From assembly GCA_000708835.1 (NCBI GenBank), contig DF237410.1, positions 1-64,000 on the forward strand: 64,000 nucleotides of DNA, read 5' to 3'. This stretch comes from Klebsormidium nitens. Its lineage: Eukaryota > Plantae > Klebsormidiophyceae. Position numbers and translations under genes: made by a program. The notes beneath the pieces are model-generated. The model did not search any database. It was not told where the DNA came from and worked only from the letters and a program-made list of their open reading frames with translations. Of the stretch, positions 11,001 through 23,753 are shown one piece after another (the first letter of the stretch is position 1; every line of letters starts with the position of its first letter).

Positions 11001-14000
11001 AGCTGCTGGCAGATGGAGGAGCCGACGATGAGCGGGTACGTGGCCAGGATGACGAAGGCGAGGCGCCAGTTGAGGACGAAGCCGATGGCAAAGCTGATGA
11101 CGATCAGCGCCAGCGTCTGCGTGACCAGGCTCAGCCGGTCGCCCACCAGGCCGCGCACCACCGTCGCGTCGCTCGCCAGCCTGCACGCGCCACAGCCGAG
11201 CTCAGGCGGGACAGCCACAAGCCGCAGTCACGCGCCAGCGAGGACGAAGCGCAGGGCAGCCAAACGGAGTGCAAAGATAATGCTGGCGGCAAGCTCTTGG
11301 GCAGACGAAATACACAGGATGTTGACTCGTGTTTGCACTGGCCCGCGAGAGGGCGCTGACCTGGCGGTGATGGCGCCGCTCGAGTTCTCGTCGCGATCGA
11401 ACCAGGCCACCTCCTGGCGCAGCACGGCCGCAAACATGGCCTCGCGCACGCGCCTCGTCAGGTACTCGCCCTGGACCACACGGCGCAGCGCACGGCTCCG
11501 TCAGGGCAGCCAAGCCGCGAAAGAGAGGCGCTCACTGGGCAGAGAATGAGCTGAAGCTGCCTCCGACTGGCCAGCAGGGCGGCAGAGCTCTGTGACTCTG
11601 ACGCAGGCGTGCCCCTTCCCTTGAGCAGGGCGGACTGAACCACTAAGATTCAAAACGACGGATGACCAGAGCCTCTGAAAAAGTTGAAGTGAGCACAGAA
11701 ATCATGAGCTGCGCTTCTATTTGGGTGAATCAGCCCAATACGCTGTCTACAATGAGCACTAAGTGGCGCCAACAACTTTTGACTGCATACGACAGTTAGG
11801 CTGCCCCACTTCGGCTTGACCCGAAGATCCGGAGTCGTCCAGACCAGAGCAGCCCCTCTGCAGGCAGGCTGCCGCTCACCATGGCCCCAAAGAAGAAGTG
11901 TTCGCACGTGTAGACGAAGACGGTGGCCACGCCGACGCCCACAAAGGCCAGGCTGTAGGTGCGCACGTCGTGGCGCAGCTGGTCGTAGTCGGTCAGGTAG
12001 TACGCCCGGATCACGGAGATGAGCAGCAGCGCAAAGATTGGGTTCACGGCCCCCGCCCCAATGGCCCCCAGCGTCCCCAGCGCGCCGTACCTGCATCACG
12101 CAGCGCTGTGTCAGTTGACGAACGTGAACGCCTGCGCAAAGATGCACGAAGATATGAGGGCAAGCCATACTTGTTCGAACGACATTTAAATTCAAGGACG
12201 ATTGGGAATTCAAGGTGGGCAAGAAAGAAGAAAGTGCCGTACTTCCACTCTGGCTTGTTCAGCTTGAGCAGGCGCCAGTACGACGGTGGTGCTGTGGGCG
12301 CCTCCTCCGCCACTCCCGCTGCTGCTGCCGGCTTGTCGGGGCCGCCATCGCTGACGGCGCTCAGGCCGCTGGCCGACGGCGCGAGGCCGCTGCGCTGCAG
12401 AGACAGCTGCGGGCCGGCCAGGCGCGCCGGCGGGCGGTCGTCGTCCAGCGCAGCGCGGCGCGCCTGCAGCGCGATCAGGGACGCGTACGCGCCACCCTCG
12501 CCGCGCGCCAGCAGCTCCTCGTGCCGGCCCTGCTCCACGATGCGGCCTGCACCGCACACACCGCCACTCAGGCAGAGCTCGAGATGAGGGACGAGAAATG
12601 CGAGAAATTCATGTACAAGCGAGAAACCAGGCGGCCAGCAGGCGACGGCTCACTGCCAGGATCATCGGCTCCTCTTGCCAGCAGGAGCGGTCGTCCCGTC
12701 GAGTCAGGTCATGTCCAGGTGGGCTGGGGCCATGCTCTGGTGCATGCGGGAGAAGAGAGGTCGGCGCGCGAGGTCTCACCTGACTGGAGCACCGCAATGG
12801 AGTCGGCGTTGCGGATAGTGGACAGCCTGCAGGAACAGCAAGACAACATCAGCAAGACGCACGCCAGGACCCTTGAGAGGCAATATCGCTCTTAAGAGCT
12901 GCCCCCAACAGCTCGTTCGTCCCTGACTGGCATCCTCCATCCGGGCCTGCGGCGGGCGGGGTGGGGCACTGACCTGTGCGCGACGACGACGGTGGTGCGG
13001 CCGACCATGAGGCTGTCCAGCGCTTGCTGCACCACCTTCTCCGACTCGCTGTCCAGCGCGGAGGTGGCCTCGTCCAGCAGCAGGATGCGCGGGTTCTTGA
13101 TCACCGCGCGCGCAATGGCGATGCGCTGCTTCTGCCCGCCCGACATCTGCACCCCGCGTTCGCCCACCTGCGCGCACGCGCCGCGGAGCACGCCTCAGAG
13201 GAGAGCGGGCAGAAGGACGCTGTGGGGCCGGCACCCTCGAAGCACTCTCCAGGCACGCGCAGCCAAGTCCGCAGATGGTAGCGTGCAGAAATGTTCACCG
13301 CCCTGCCGAGCGCGGTCTGCTGCCGCCACCAATCAAGGGACGACTCCCTGCAAGGCGCTTACCTGTGTCTCATAGCCACGGGGCAACGTGCTGATGAATG
13401 TGTGCGCATTCGCGGCGCGCGCCGCAGCCTCAATCTCCTCGTTGGTTGCGTCCGGCTTGCCGTACAGGATATTGCCGCGGATCGTGGTGGCGAACAAGGC
13501 CGGCTCCTGCACGCACAGGCGCATGCCGAGAGGAGGTCACGCACACGGCAGCCAGGGGCCGCTGGCCTACAATGCGGGCGCAGCAGGAACAGGAGACCGC
13601 AACTGCACCCCCCGCCAGGGCGCATGGCAAATACGGCTGGGCAACCAGAGCAGTGCACCAGATTTGGGGAATATTCTCGTAGGCTATTTTGAGCGGCTGC
13701 AACACAAAGGGTTCGAAATGCACGTTCAGCAGGTCACAGATGCACATACAGGATCTCATTTGTTGTTTTTGCTCTCGCGTTCCAGTGTCGGCCCGAACCT
13801 GCGAGACGAGGCCGAGCTGCGCGCGCAGCCAGCGCAGCTGCAGGGTGCGCAGGTCGTGGCCGTCCAGGCTGACCACGCCGCCCTGCGGGTCGTAGAACCT
13901 GCACCGCCCCCGGTAGGCCGTCAGGGGCGAACAGGCGCGCTGGGTCATGCGAGAGAACATGCAAGAGCGGCCACAAAATTCACGATCGATGTGATACACA

Positions 14001-17000
14001 TAGACGACAGGCCGCCTTGAAAGGACACCGAAGGAAGTGCTCGAAAGCTGTCAAGCAGCGTCGCCCGCTCGTGCGCGGACCTTTCGAGCAGGCCGACGAT
14101 GGTGCTCTTGCCGCTGCCGCTGGAGCCGACGAGCGCAACGGTCTGCCCCGCCGGGATGCGGATGCTGAAGTCGCGGAACACGGGCTGGTCCGGCCGCGCC
14201 TGCAGAGCACACACGCACGCAGGCGTCAGGAGTGGAGGCTCCGCATGACACAGGGAAAGTGGGTGGGGAGCAGGGGGCACTGGGACGTACGCCAGCCGAA
14301 GTGGCAAGACTGTGTCACAGCTAGGAACGCTGCGGCAGATGGGGCGCCCAGGCCGCGCGGGGGGCCTGACCGGGTAGGTGAAGTCGACGTGGTCGAGAGC
14401 GATGTCGCCCTGCACGGCCGGCAGCTGGAGGCCGCCCTCGTGGCTGGAGTCGATGGGCGGCACGCGCCGGATGGTCTCGAAGATCTTGTGCGCCGCAGCC
14501 TTGCCCTGCGCAAACGAGCGCAGGTACGGCGCCGCCTGACCCAGCCCCCTGCACAGCCAGCGCCAGTCAGCAACCGGGGGGGGGCAGGCACGCCGGGCAG
14601 GAACCGACCAGGGCCGCAGCAGACCGCGGTCTGCGTGGGCCCAACAAAAGAGCTGGCCACGGGGGGGAAGAACAAAGCCACGGCCCGGCTCGCAACTCGA
14701 AGATGAACAGCATGCTCGTGCTCGTACTTTGCAGGATCTTGACTCTCATTCAGCGAGGTTGCAGCGAGTGAAGCATAAGGGGGTGCGGGTATGGGGCGCT
14801 CACAGGCCGCCGAGGATGACGGCGAACATGGTGGTGAGCGCCTGGCCGCCGTTGGCCTTGCCGTGGGTGACGAGCACGCTGCCGTACCAGAACTGCAGCG
14901 CCCACGCGCAGAAGAGCACGCCGAAGGTGACGCCCATGCCCAGCCCCTTGGCCAGGCCCTGGCCCAGGCCCAGCCGCAGCGTGGTCGCCAGCGCACCGCT
15001 GTACTGCCGCCGCGCAGCGTCCTCGCCAGCAAACGAGTACACCTGCCGCACGACCAGGCGGAGCATCACACGGGGGGTCGTCTTCTTGCCCTTCGTGAGT
15101 CTGGCATCCAAAGAGGAGTAGGCAGAGGGAAGGGGACGCCAGACACACAGCGAGAAGGCAGGGGCAAACAGGAGAAGCAGAGGGGAGCCACACTCCGGGA
15201 AAGGGCTCCAAGATGGTGAGGCGACCAGGGCGGGAGGGGCTGCCCAAAGGCGGGGCTGGTGGTTTTGCGGGCGGCAGGGTGTGATGGGGCCCTCACCGTC
15301 CTGACGGCGCTGACCATCTGCTCGGCCACGCTGCCGGCGCCGCTGTAGGCGGCCTGGCCCTTGGCGACGAGGCCGGTGAGCACGACGGCGTATATCCCGC
15401 CCGCGGCGGCCAGCACGGGGACGATGGCCAGGATCACCAGCGAGAGCTGCCACAGCGTTGCGAAGCCCACCACGAAGCCACCCACGAATGTGCCCTGGAG
15501 CAACAAACACCAGACCAGCACAGCTCAGGAAGAGCGGGGCGCGGGCCACGGGGCCAGGTCACAACTATCTGTGGGCTTCACAAGGGTGCAGGCACAGAGA
15601 GAAATATAGCCAAGCACCGCGGTTTGCACAGCTGCTGAAAGGATGTGAGATCCGAATTCGCCTACGGGCAGGGCGGCGTGATCGAGAGTGGCTCACCATG
15701 AACTGCAGGTAAGTCCCAACCTGGGGCGAAAAAAGAGAGGGAGGTCAGGGGAAGCACAGAGGGGCTTTAGGAGGCACTCTCTCCGTACCTTACCCAACAA
15801 GGCCTTCAGGCAACTGCAGCAAGCAAATCTAGCCGAGTGTCTGGAGGGGTCACTCGAGAAGTGTGAGGCAAGTTGGCCCTCACCTTCTCGCTCATGGCTT
15901 CCTGAACCAAGATGGTATCAGAGGACACGCGACTGACGATCTCTCCAGTGCTGGTCTCCGTGTCTGCACACACAGACGAAGCGTTTACTACCCCTTCCAT
16001 GACGCCTCCAACCAGAGCATCTGCTCCGAAATTAGACAACCACGGAAGGGGCTTTTCGAGATTGCCAATAAGGTCAGGAAATGCTCGGAAGCCTTGGCTG
16101 TGCCGAGCCCCCGCCCTCACCAAAGTAGCCCACGTCCTGGCGCAGGATGGCCCGCAGGTACTTGGTGCGGATGCGTGATGCCTGGCGCTCGCCTGCACAG
16201 CAAGGTACCAGATAGTCTCAAGCCTGCAGTGGAGGGGGGTCCATCCTGGGGAGAGACAGCTGGACAATGCGCACCTCAGAGACTGCATCAGCTCGATCCC
16301 AGGTGTCCCCAGGTGTCATCCAGGTCGTCTCAGAGGACTTTGGAGCACAACGGAGGACAGACTCGGTGGCTTGCTTGGATGCTTGGATCAGACATGAGCA
16401 CAGTCGATGCAGAGACTTGTCTCCTCACCTGTGGTCATCCAGCAGGACACCTCTGCAAAGGAACAGCAAGGCATCAAGATGGGCATGGAGCAGCGGGAAG
16501 CGAGCGGGGGCTGGTCATTGTCAGAATCAAATCACTTGTTGTGGACAGACAGGGCGTGGGGCAGAGGAGACCAGGCAAGCACAGAGACAGAGAGAGCGGG
16601 GCAGGGAGGCAGGGGGGAAGGCAGCAGGGGCACAGACGGGGGTACTGCAAAAGGGGAGGGGCTTACGGAGCCAGCAGGCAAACAGCTCCACCAGGGCCAG
16701 GTATGCAAAGTAGCTGGCGTACTGCGGTCGCAGGACAGGCGGGATAGGATTAAGGGATGACGCTGGGAGGCACCAAGAAATGATGGCACTCATGGTGAGC
16801 TCCTCCCTCAGGGGCACAGCACAACATGGGCCACACCATCAGCAGCGCGCTTGCGCAGTCTCTACAACACAATGCCGGATCTGCAAGAGAGCAGGCAGCA
16901 GCAGGCACAGTGATTGGAGCAAGGGGCTTGCCATCTGTGGCGGGGGGCTCACCTTGGAGACCTGCCTGATGAGCTCGTCGTTATCCGGGACCGAGCCAAA

Positions 17001-17626
17001 GGTGTTGACCAGCTTGCCAAAGAAGAGGAAGAAGACTGCACCACCATAGGCACACAAACAGGATCAGAATTGTCACAAGGGAGGGGTACAATCAACTACA
17101 GGAGGTACTCTTCACTCTAACCTTGGCAGGAAAACGGGGCCACTCCGCCTTAGCTGCTGCATACGTAGGAGCTGCTGTCAAGCTCCAGCACCCCGCGAGT
17201 GCGAGACCAGACACTCAGTGCTCCCCGCCCCTCCCCCCTGGGCGTGCCTGGCTGCCCACCTGGCAGTGACACCCCGTTGGCGATGGCCCCCAGGGAGCCC
17301 AGCACCATGAGCAGCAAATCCAGCGAGTCTGCGTAGCGGTACAGCTCCCAGTACTTCACCATCGGCGCCTTGGCAGCCGTCTCCCCGGTCTCCCCCTCTT
17401 GCCCCGGCTTCTTCTTGCGGAACCAGCCCCCCTTGCTCTTGCTCTCTGCAGCAGGGGCGGTGGCCGCCGGCTGCTGTGGCTGGGCCTTGTGCGTGCCCAG
17501 GCCGTCCTCCAGGTGCGCCACGCCACCATTGGTGGCCGCCCCGGCACCAGCCTCCGCCACAGCCTCTACGCTGCCCAGAGGGGCCACCCCCTCCACAGAC
17601 ACCGCGCCTGGAACAACACCCGCCAT
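8069..17626 (-). CDS. ABCB: Full-size ABCB/MDR/P-glycoprotein ABC transporter (TMD-NBD-TMD-NBD), about 27 exons
   Basis: Two Walker A motifs ([18 protein letters not shown]), two signatures ([13 protein letters not shown]), two [11 protein letters not shown] and two VAHRLSTIR motifs. Also [34 protein letters not shown] and [15 protein letters not shown]. Exons join in frame through GT-AG introns. ATG at 17626, TGA at 8069-8071. Confidence 0.97.
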
Positions 17627-18846
17627 CGCCGCCGCCTGATCACAGGAACAAGGCTACAATGCAAGCAGGCGTGAAGCAACACAAGAGCGATGCAGCTCCA
17701 GCAACGAGCTGCACAGAGGGTCCTGGACGGCCGCTCCTGCAGCCCGCACAGAGATTCCAACTTATCGGCCGCAGCCACGGCCACTGCAATGCCTGCACGC
17801 AGCGAGATCAATTGAACAGGTAACGAACTGGATGACGTGATCCCTCAGCTCAGCTTCGCATTTGAAACTCAAGGCGTTTTGTAATAATACATAACCCTTC
17901 GGTAGGATTTAACAAGGATTTAGGATTTTAGTCTATTTCAGTTAAAAATACAATTCATGCTTAATATGATACTGTCACCTGTGTTGTTCAAAGATTTAGC
18001 TGGCCGGGCGCGGCAACTCAATTGAGTCTGTACGTGTTCGCGTGCAAGTCTATGAACCGGCCTTCGACCGGTGCATACATATACCTGCCTTGCTGCCGAA
18101 TACCGCCTCCTTATAACCCCTGCGAAAAGGAAGGATTAAATGCGGAGATGCCGTACTGCAGTTTGATTTCAGCACCTTCGACGGCGAAAAGTTACATATG
18201 AAACTTTATATCCTTTCGGCATACCTAAAGCTACCGGCCTGCTAAAACTAACCGTTTTCGATTATTATCGCCTCAAATATTTTCCAGCGGAATTCGGCAG
18301 GGCACATTCAAGATCATCTAGTTTTTTGCTCGCCCATATTTATATGGGGCGAGGTATAGCGGACATCCGGAGGTGAGGTCTCTCCGGCAAATTATTTCAC
18401 TGTACGACTTCCCGGCACCTAGATGGTCTGAAACAGCGGTGACGTTGTACTACGTATTTGGTCAAAGTTCTGGGCTGACTGATTTATGCTGTATAAAAGC
18501 CAAGTTTGTACGGTGGAATCTTACAAATCCGCCGGAAATAATATTCTCCGGCATACAGCAAAATCCGTCTCCGACATTTTCCGGTTTAAGCGGGAATGGG
18601 CCAACCGAACATTGAGAATCACTCAGTGTTTTTGGGCCACTCAAGGTCCCCGTATATCCTCCAAACGATGGAGATTAACCGGTTTTCTCCGATACTTTCG
18701 GCGTTTTCCACGTTGTACAACAGTTTCTGTTTGGTCCGATTTTGGCCGAGTTAAGCAGTGCATTGCAATATGATGCCTGGGGTCTTGCCCTGGTCAACAC
18801 CGAGATCAAGAAGGCACGAAGGCAGTCTGATTTTGAAAACCGGGGC

Positions 18847-19043
18847 GCCCTCCCACCCACCCAATCACAAGAATTTCATAAGATGTGACAAGGAACCCTT
18901 GTACTGTAACTAAGTTTTATAGACTTTTATTCACTTTCATAAGTTATAACATATGCTGTGTTAATATCGTACCGGGGCCCGCACGGGGATCAATATTGCC
19001 CTCCCACCCGCCCATGAATGTGGGTCGGGCCGCCCTCCCACCC
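18847..19043. repeat. Three exact copies of GCCCTCCCACCC in the ABCB/UROD intergenic region
   Basis: Copies at 18847-18858, 18998-19009 and 19032-19043. They could be TE subterminal repeats or a cis-element; the function is unknown. Confidence 0.6.
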
Positions 19044-19237
19044 CCCCTCATTGAAGCAATTCTCTTATATGAAGCTTTCTATATTGAGGCGAGCTGCAAA
19101 ATCCGCCGCAGGCGGATTGTGTCGTCCTAGTTTTGCCCAACTCAGGACTTCCGACCTCCCAAACAGTGACTGTGCATGACATTGACTGGTCAAAAACGTT
19201 TGTGCCGGTTGTTGAAGTCCAAGCTGGGGACCGCGCC

Positions 19238-21847
19238 ATGGCTGCTGTAGCGCCCTGCTCCGGCGCTGCCCAGCTGGTGCGGAGCTCCTTGTCCTCCGGG
19301 ACGCCGCAGCCCCGCATTGCCGGCACCGCTGCCCGCGCTGCGCCATGTCCTCGCGCGCTCAGGTGAGCCCCATTCTCCCTGCGCCCTGCATTGTATCCGT
19401 GGTGGCGCTCCGGCGCATACGATGCAGGCTGCATGAGCCGCCTCACCAGCCAGGCGGGGCCGCCATGCCGCGTATGAGCTGCCCTCTGCATTGACTGCCA
19501 TGGCGTCTGAGTGGCCCTCCTGTCCTTTGTTCGCTCATGCTGTCCTCAGCTGGCAGGGAGGCGCATCCCTGGCAATGCAATGCTGCAGCGGGCAACGAAT
19601 TGGGTCCTGTGGCGAATTCTCCTGTGATGGCCGGGCCCTGGCTCGGCCCGCAGCATGGTGGAAGGTGCTATCTTGGCAGGCCCAATGTGGCCCGCCAGAG
19701 AGCTCAGCGCCCGCCGCCGTGTTGCTTGGGCCCCGCGGTATTGGTTCCTTAGCTGGCTTTAGCAGTCCTTGCAGGGTGTTGCGGAGCAGGGAGCATAAGT
19801 GCCGCGTGTGCTAAACGGCAGTGTCATTGAGGGCCAGAACTTTCTGCTGGCTGTGTGCAGGCTAGGGGGCGATCGCGGCTGGGGCGCGCAGGCTGGGCTG
19901 GGGCGCTCGACGTTTGTGGGAGGGGTGGGCAGCTTGGAGCAGCAGCGCCCGCAGACACGGCGCCAGTGCGGCCAGCGCAGCGTGGTGGCCAGTGCCACCT
20001 CTGAAGGTGAGCGCTGCGGACACAGGACCGGGCCGCCAGTGCCACGCGCAGCAGTCCCTGTCCTTGTTACCCTCCAGTTTGATGGCATGGAGCACTTTTT
20101 GTAGTAAAAGAGGCCTTGTAGATCCACTTTCTTCCCCTGAATTGCGCCACTGCATAGGGGGCACCCCCTCTTGCTGAGAGTGCCATTGCGGCGGAGTGTC
20201 GCGGGCCCTCCTTCCCCCAAGCCCCCCCCCCCACACGTCTGCCCTCCCCCCCCCATCCTGGTGCAGCGCCGCTGCTGGTGCGCGCGGCGCGGCGCGAGGC
20301 GGTGGAGCGCGCCCCGGCATGGATGATGCGGCAGGCGGGGCGCTACATGGCGGCCTACAAGGAGCTCACCAAGAAGCACCCCTCCTTCCGCGAGCGCTCC
20401 GAGACCACGGACCTGATTGTGGAGATCAGCCTGCAGCCGTGGCAGGCCTTCCGGCCGGACGGGGTCATCCTGTTCAGCGACATCCTGACGCCGCTGCCCG
20501 CGGTGGGCATCCCGTTTGACATCGATGAGACTAAGGGCCCGCTCATTGACTCGCCTATCCGCAGCAAGGAGGCCCTCGCCGCGCTACGCCCGATCGAGCT
20601 GGACCGCCTCACCTTCGTGGGGGACGCGCTCAGGACCCTACACAAGGAGGTGCGCCCCCGCCTGCCCTACTGGCCCGCCACTCTGTGTGCCCCTATTGCA
20701 GCTTCACCTGGCTGCCAATTGTGGAAGCCCTCAAACTGCCTGTCATTGTGAGGCATAGCCTGTGTCACTTGGGTAGCAAAACGCGCATCATTCAGCTTGG
20801 AGCTTTTAGCTCGTCTCTTGCACAAATATGTTGACGACAGAACCCTTTGGACAGTGCCTCTCCAAGCAAAGATGATTTCGGGCAGCCCCTGCTGCCTGGT
20901 CCGCACAGAGTGACAGCTGCGCTTGATTGTGAGGTTGTTGTGCTGTCAGTGAGCGGTGGCGGTCCGGGTGTGCTGTGTGCGCGCAGGTGGCGGGGCAGGC
21001 GGCGGTGCTCGGCTTTGTGGGCAGCCCGTGGACGCTGGCGACGTACATTGTGGAGGGGCGCAGCACGCGCACGTACAAGGTGATCAAGGCCATGACGTTC
21101 AGCGACCCGGACGTGCTGCGCCCGCTGCTGGACCACCTGGCCACCGAGATCGGCAAGTACATGTGCTACCAGATCGAGGCCGGCGCGGACTGCATCCAGA
21201 TCTTCGACAGCTGGGGCGGCCAGCTGCCCCCGCGCCTCTGGGACGTCTGGTCCAAGCCGTACATCGCCAAGGTGACCCCCCGCCACGCAGCCTAACCCCT
21301 TCTCCAAAGTTTCAATGTTTGCTCAAGCTTCTGTTTGGACCATCGGGTACATCCTCTTGCGCTTTGGTGACCTCATTTGCTGATAAAAGTACAGCTTTTT
21401 CTCGCTTCGAATGCACCAGCACGGAACGTCAGAGCTTGCGGTTGGTCGAGGCGGTTTCCCATTGGTCTGGGGCGTGGGTCGCAGGCGGTGGGCATGGTGC
21501 GCGCGGCGCACCCGGAGGTGCCGCTGGTGCTGTACGCCAACGGGAGCGGCGGCCTGCTGGAGCGCATGGCCACGGTGGGGGTGGACGTCATCGGGCTGGA
21601 CTGGACCATCGACATGGAGGACGGGCGGCGCCGCCTCGGGCCGCAGCTGGCGGTGCAGGGGAACGTGGACCCCGCGGTGCTCTTTGCAACGCCCGAGGCA
21701 ATCACGGAAGCCATCGAGGACACGATCCGGAAGGCAGGACCGACGGGGCACATTTTGAATCTAGGGCATGGTGTCCTGGTGGGGACCCCGGAAGAGCGAG
21801 TTGCGCACTTTTTTGACACCAACCGAAGCTTAAAGTACAGCCAATGA
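19238..21847 (+). CDS. HEME: Uroporphyrinogen decarboxylase, plastid-targeted, 5 exons, 393 aa
   Basis: Exons 19238-19362, 19981-20006, 20267-20649, 20987-21271 and 21485-21847 sum to 1182 nt in frame. Motifs [43 protein letters not shown] and ILNLGHG. The N-terminus is Ala/Ser/Arg-rich, like a transit peptide. Confidence 0.97.
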
Positions 21848-23753
21848 CAAACGACATATATCTGAGATGCGAGTAGGACAGGTGGCAGAGCGAGAGCTAG
21901 CCGGGTCTCCATTCTGGGCCCGTTGCCATTGAGGGCATACATTCTGGTAAACGTTATATGTCTCCAATTTCTTTGAGAGAGTTGCAAGTTGCAACAGGTA
22001 TACCACTGTGCTTAATGGTAAAACTTTGTCAACGTTGAGCCAGTTGCATCCGAATGGATGGTGTATTAACTCATCATGAAGCACAAATGGGCCACGTATA
22101 TGCTTGTGGCAGCAAGCGTGCCCATCACAGCAGTGCGCATTTCAGTACTACTGGACGGTCGCTGCGCCAACGCAAAGCAGCTAGCTCCTGGGGACCTGGC
22201 CTGCCATTGCCCTCGTCGAAGATACTGTTGTTCGACCTTAAACCTTTTGCTTACGATATATGCGGGGCCTATGCATGTCTGGTATGTCAGCATATGGCCA
22301 TCCAATGATTGGCTCAGCGTAAGCCGCACAGTAAGAATTGGTTACGATATAGGTATGCGGGGACATGCACGATTAGCCACAAGCTCATGGCTGTTTCCAG
22401 CTCAGTGGGGAATTGGGGCTGTGAAACATAGCTTCCGCGAAAATACCCATAGTTGCATCACATGGATCCAGGCCGCCAGCCTCCTTAGCCGTTCCATGAC
22501 ATGCACAATTTTTGTCAACAGTTGGTAAAACACTTCCTCCAAAAGATCGCCCTGGCTGAGGCTTGTCGAATGATCCAATCGTCTAATGCTTGAGAAGAAT
22601 TGCCTTTCTAAGCCTTTCATAGGAACGTCCATCCCACCAATTTACACCGATAAGACATCAGGTCTGCCGACTCGAAACTCAGTACCAAATGAACAAAGGC
22701 GCTGCATTTGCTTTCAGAGCTCGACTGCCAGTCTTGAGGCAAATCGCAAAAGCTCTTATTCCGAGTCAGCCACAGAGCAAGGGGCTCCCTCACAGAGGCA
22801 ATCAGTGTGCAAACATAGATAGGGACTGGCCATGCCAGAATTGCGTTTTTGCTGATGTGAGCCTCGTTGCGGTACATGTGCAATTGCTGAAATGGCAACC
22901 AGCCCAAAAGAACCTTGCAACAACTTCAAGCAATGCGGCGATACCTTCAAGTAGTGATAGACGGGCTCTTACATTGGCAGCATCCTTTCCCACTGTCATT
23001 CCACCAAGCAAGAACACCTCCTGTCTCATCAAGAATCACGAAGTCAAGCTGGCCAGCTTATTGAGTATCACAAGTTTTTCCAAAAAAGGGTGAAAACATG
23101 CAGAACCCAAAACCCGTGATCTTAAAGGCCCACGACTAAGAGCATTGACAGGTAAAAGAAGAGATGGTCGCCGTTCTCCTAAAAGCAACCACAGCTTGAT
23201 TGGACCTTCTCATCTTCATTAAGGGCTACTTGATCGAATCAAGCGGCTGATTGCACAACGAGGCTGACAGCTTCTGTGCTGTCAGCGCAATGCTGAACGA
23301 CTCAGTCTTCAGAGACCCTCACTAGCCCATCAAGTCCTTATGAAAGAAGGCACAAGCCGAACCATACTGATCGAAGCAGATGGCCAAAGGCACGTGGAAA
23401 ACAAACACCCAGTATCTAACCAGCCGACAGAACGCCCAGCTTCTTGAACGGCCATGATCAATGTAGACCCTCACGAATCGAATTGAACATTCAGAAGGAG
23501 CTTCCAGCTTGGAATCAGAACTCAATTACCAGAACTCGCAGCTCAGCCTGTCTACTACACATGGCAAAGCAGAAGCGATCCTTCTGACAATTCGTCAGTA
23601 GATCAGCCAATTTCTTCAAACTTGTGTATCATGACATCCCGATACAAACACCGACATTCCTCAAACAAGTGCATGGACAGAAATGGACAACAAGGGGCTC
23701 GACGTCAGGTAATTTACAGCACGGATGTCCACAACAGAGCATGTGTGCTGCGG

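Noticed and set aside
8100-17000. Many long ORFs in the track overlapping ABCB (e.g. 14017-14706 +, 15863-16747 +, 10718-11359 +), and similar ones over UROD, ADC and DUF4504 (43703-44674 -)
   Set aside because: They are antisense or off-frame shadows of GC-rich exons and introns, with low-complexity Arg/Ala/Gly/Pro translations and no motifs.
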